A stretch of 64,000 nucleotides of DNA from a virus: the IMG/VR virus record IMGVR_UViG_3300044825_000904, positions 1 to 64,000 of that record; one strand, 5' to 3'. Shown piece by piece: positions 63,276 through 64,000 of this stretch (its first letter is position 1; every line of letters starts with the position of its first letter). Both the position numbers and the translations under genes were made by a program. Below the pieces are notes generated by a model. That model had not been told where the DNA came from and ran no database searches. It worked only from the letters and a program-made list of their open reading frames with translations.

Positions 63276-64000
63276 TTAGTTTAAGTTTAATAATTGTTCT
63301 AATTCTGATACACGTTTCTCTAATCTTGCAATCTTTGCTGTATGCACCTCACGATAAGAAAGACTCAGTAATCCGTCTGTTCCTTTGCTAACTGCACTTG
63401 GTAATATTTCTTGTACATCTTGTGCAAAGTATCCAAGTTCTTCTTTACCATTCTTAATATACAACTTAGCTATAATAGATTCAATACCTTTAGTTTGATA
63501 ATTATCTTCAATTAAAGTCTTAATAGTTTTATCTGAAGATTCAAAGAAACTTGCAGCTGTTACAGCACCACCATTTGTCATTGTTAATAATGCTGTACTA
63601 TTTCTTCCAATCGCAAATTTATCTGTTCCGACAGAACAAACACCAATCCCAATATCCCAATACATATCTGCAGCCGCATTTCCTGCCATTCTAAGCATTG
63701 CACCATATGTAGTTCCTGTATATCCATTAACCCCATTTTGAGTGTATGATACGTGAGGATTAATGTGCATCACCCATCTATCATTAGAACTTCCATATAA
63801 TGTTGGATATGATGCACTTCCTGCCCAAGATGCTTGTACTCCTCCTAATATCGCCTTAAATGAACCGGTATCCATTGCAATTTGTCCATTTACATAAACA
63901 TTGTATCCTGCATCTGTATTAGTGTTTATTAAAATATTTCCATTTGTATTGATTTTTAAATATTGAGTACCACTAACATTGAATGATTGGTAATTATATG
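63276..64000 (-). CDS. Tail fibre C-terminus with intramolecular chaperone (peptidase S74-like); 5' end beyond the right edge
   Basis: SD.TIKT; ELGYFAQDVQEILP.AV; LSY; coiled-coil end. Frame stays open to the window edge. Confidence 0.85.
   Translation of the reverse strand, partial: YNYQSFNVSGTQYLKINTNGNILINTNTDAGYNVYVNGQIAMDTGSFKAILGGVQASWAGSASYPTLYGSSNDRWVMHINPHVSYTQNGVNGYTGTTYGAMLRMAGNAAADMYWDIGIGVCSVGTDKFAIGRNSTALLTMTNGGAVTAASFFESSDKTIKTLIEDNYQTKGIESIIAKLYIKNGKEELGYFAQDVQEILPSAVSKGTDGLLSLSYREVHTAKIARLEKRVSELEQLLNLN

Noticed and set aside
63999-64000. Direct circular join of position 64000 to position 1
   Set aside because: Reading frames are compatible, but this has a 1-in-3 chance and the window length is arbitrary; no terminal overlap seen.

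Overview
The window is most, possibly nearly all, of a ~35-38% GC tailed dsDNA phage genome. The host is probably a Bacteroidota/flavobacterium, judged from TTG-N19-TAnnTTTG promoters, a BT4734-type primase and a BACON domain. The podovirus-type virion module recalls Cellulophaga phi38:1-like phages (from memory, not searched). Minus-strand late block at 34.7-64 kb, continuing at 1-12.5 kb: terminase, portal, scaffold, major capsid, ring/tail proteins, ejection proteins, tail fibre, lysis cassette, small basic proteins, GroES/GroEL and homing endonucleases. Plus-strand early/replication block at 13-34.6 kb: many small ORFs, dNMP kinase, Sak, RecE-like nuclease, SSB, primase-helicase, SF2 helicase, VRR-NUC, nrdB/nrdA, MazG-like protein and a metallophosphoesterase. 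No integrase, DNA polymerase A/B or CRISPR was recognised. The most unusual signals are: (1) a packed non-coding array at 7264-7858 where three tRNA-shaped but non-decoding elements alternate with three structured RNAs; (2) a cassette-like run of small genes at 25.6-27.1 kb joined by a repeated 17-mer TAAACAACAAGACAATG; (3) arrays of back-to-back, all-different ~20-bp palindromes at 8280-8530 and 9150-9250; (4) a TibC/Aah-like protein O-glycosyltransferase fusion next to a tail fibre with long Gly-Thr-Ser repeats. All calls come from manual motif reading; no database search was run.
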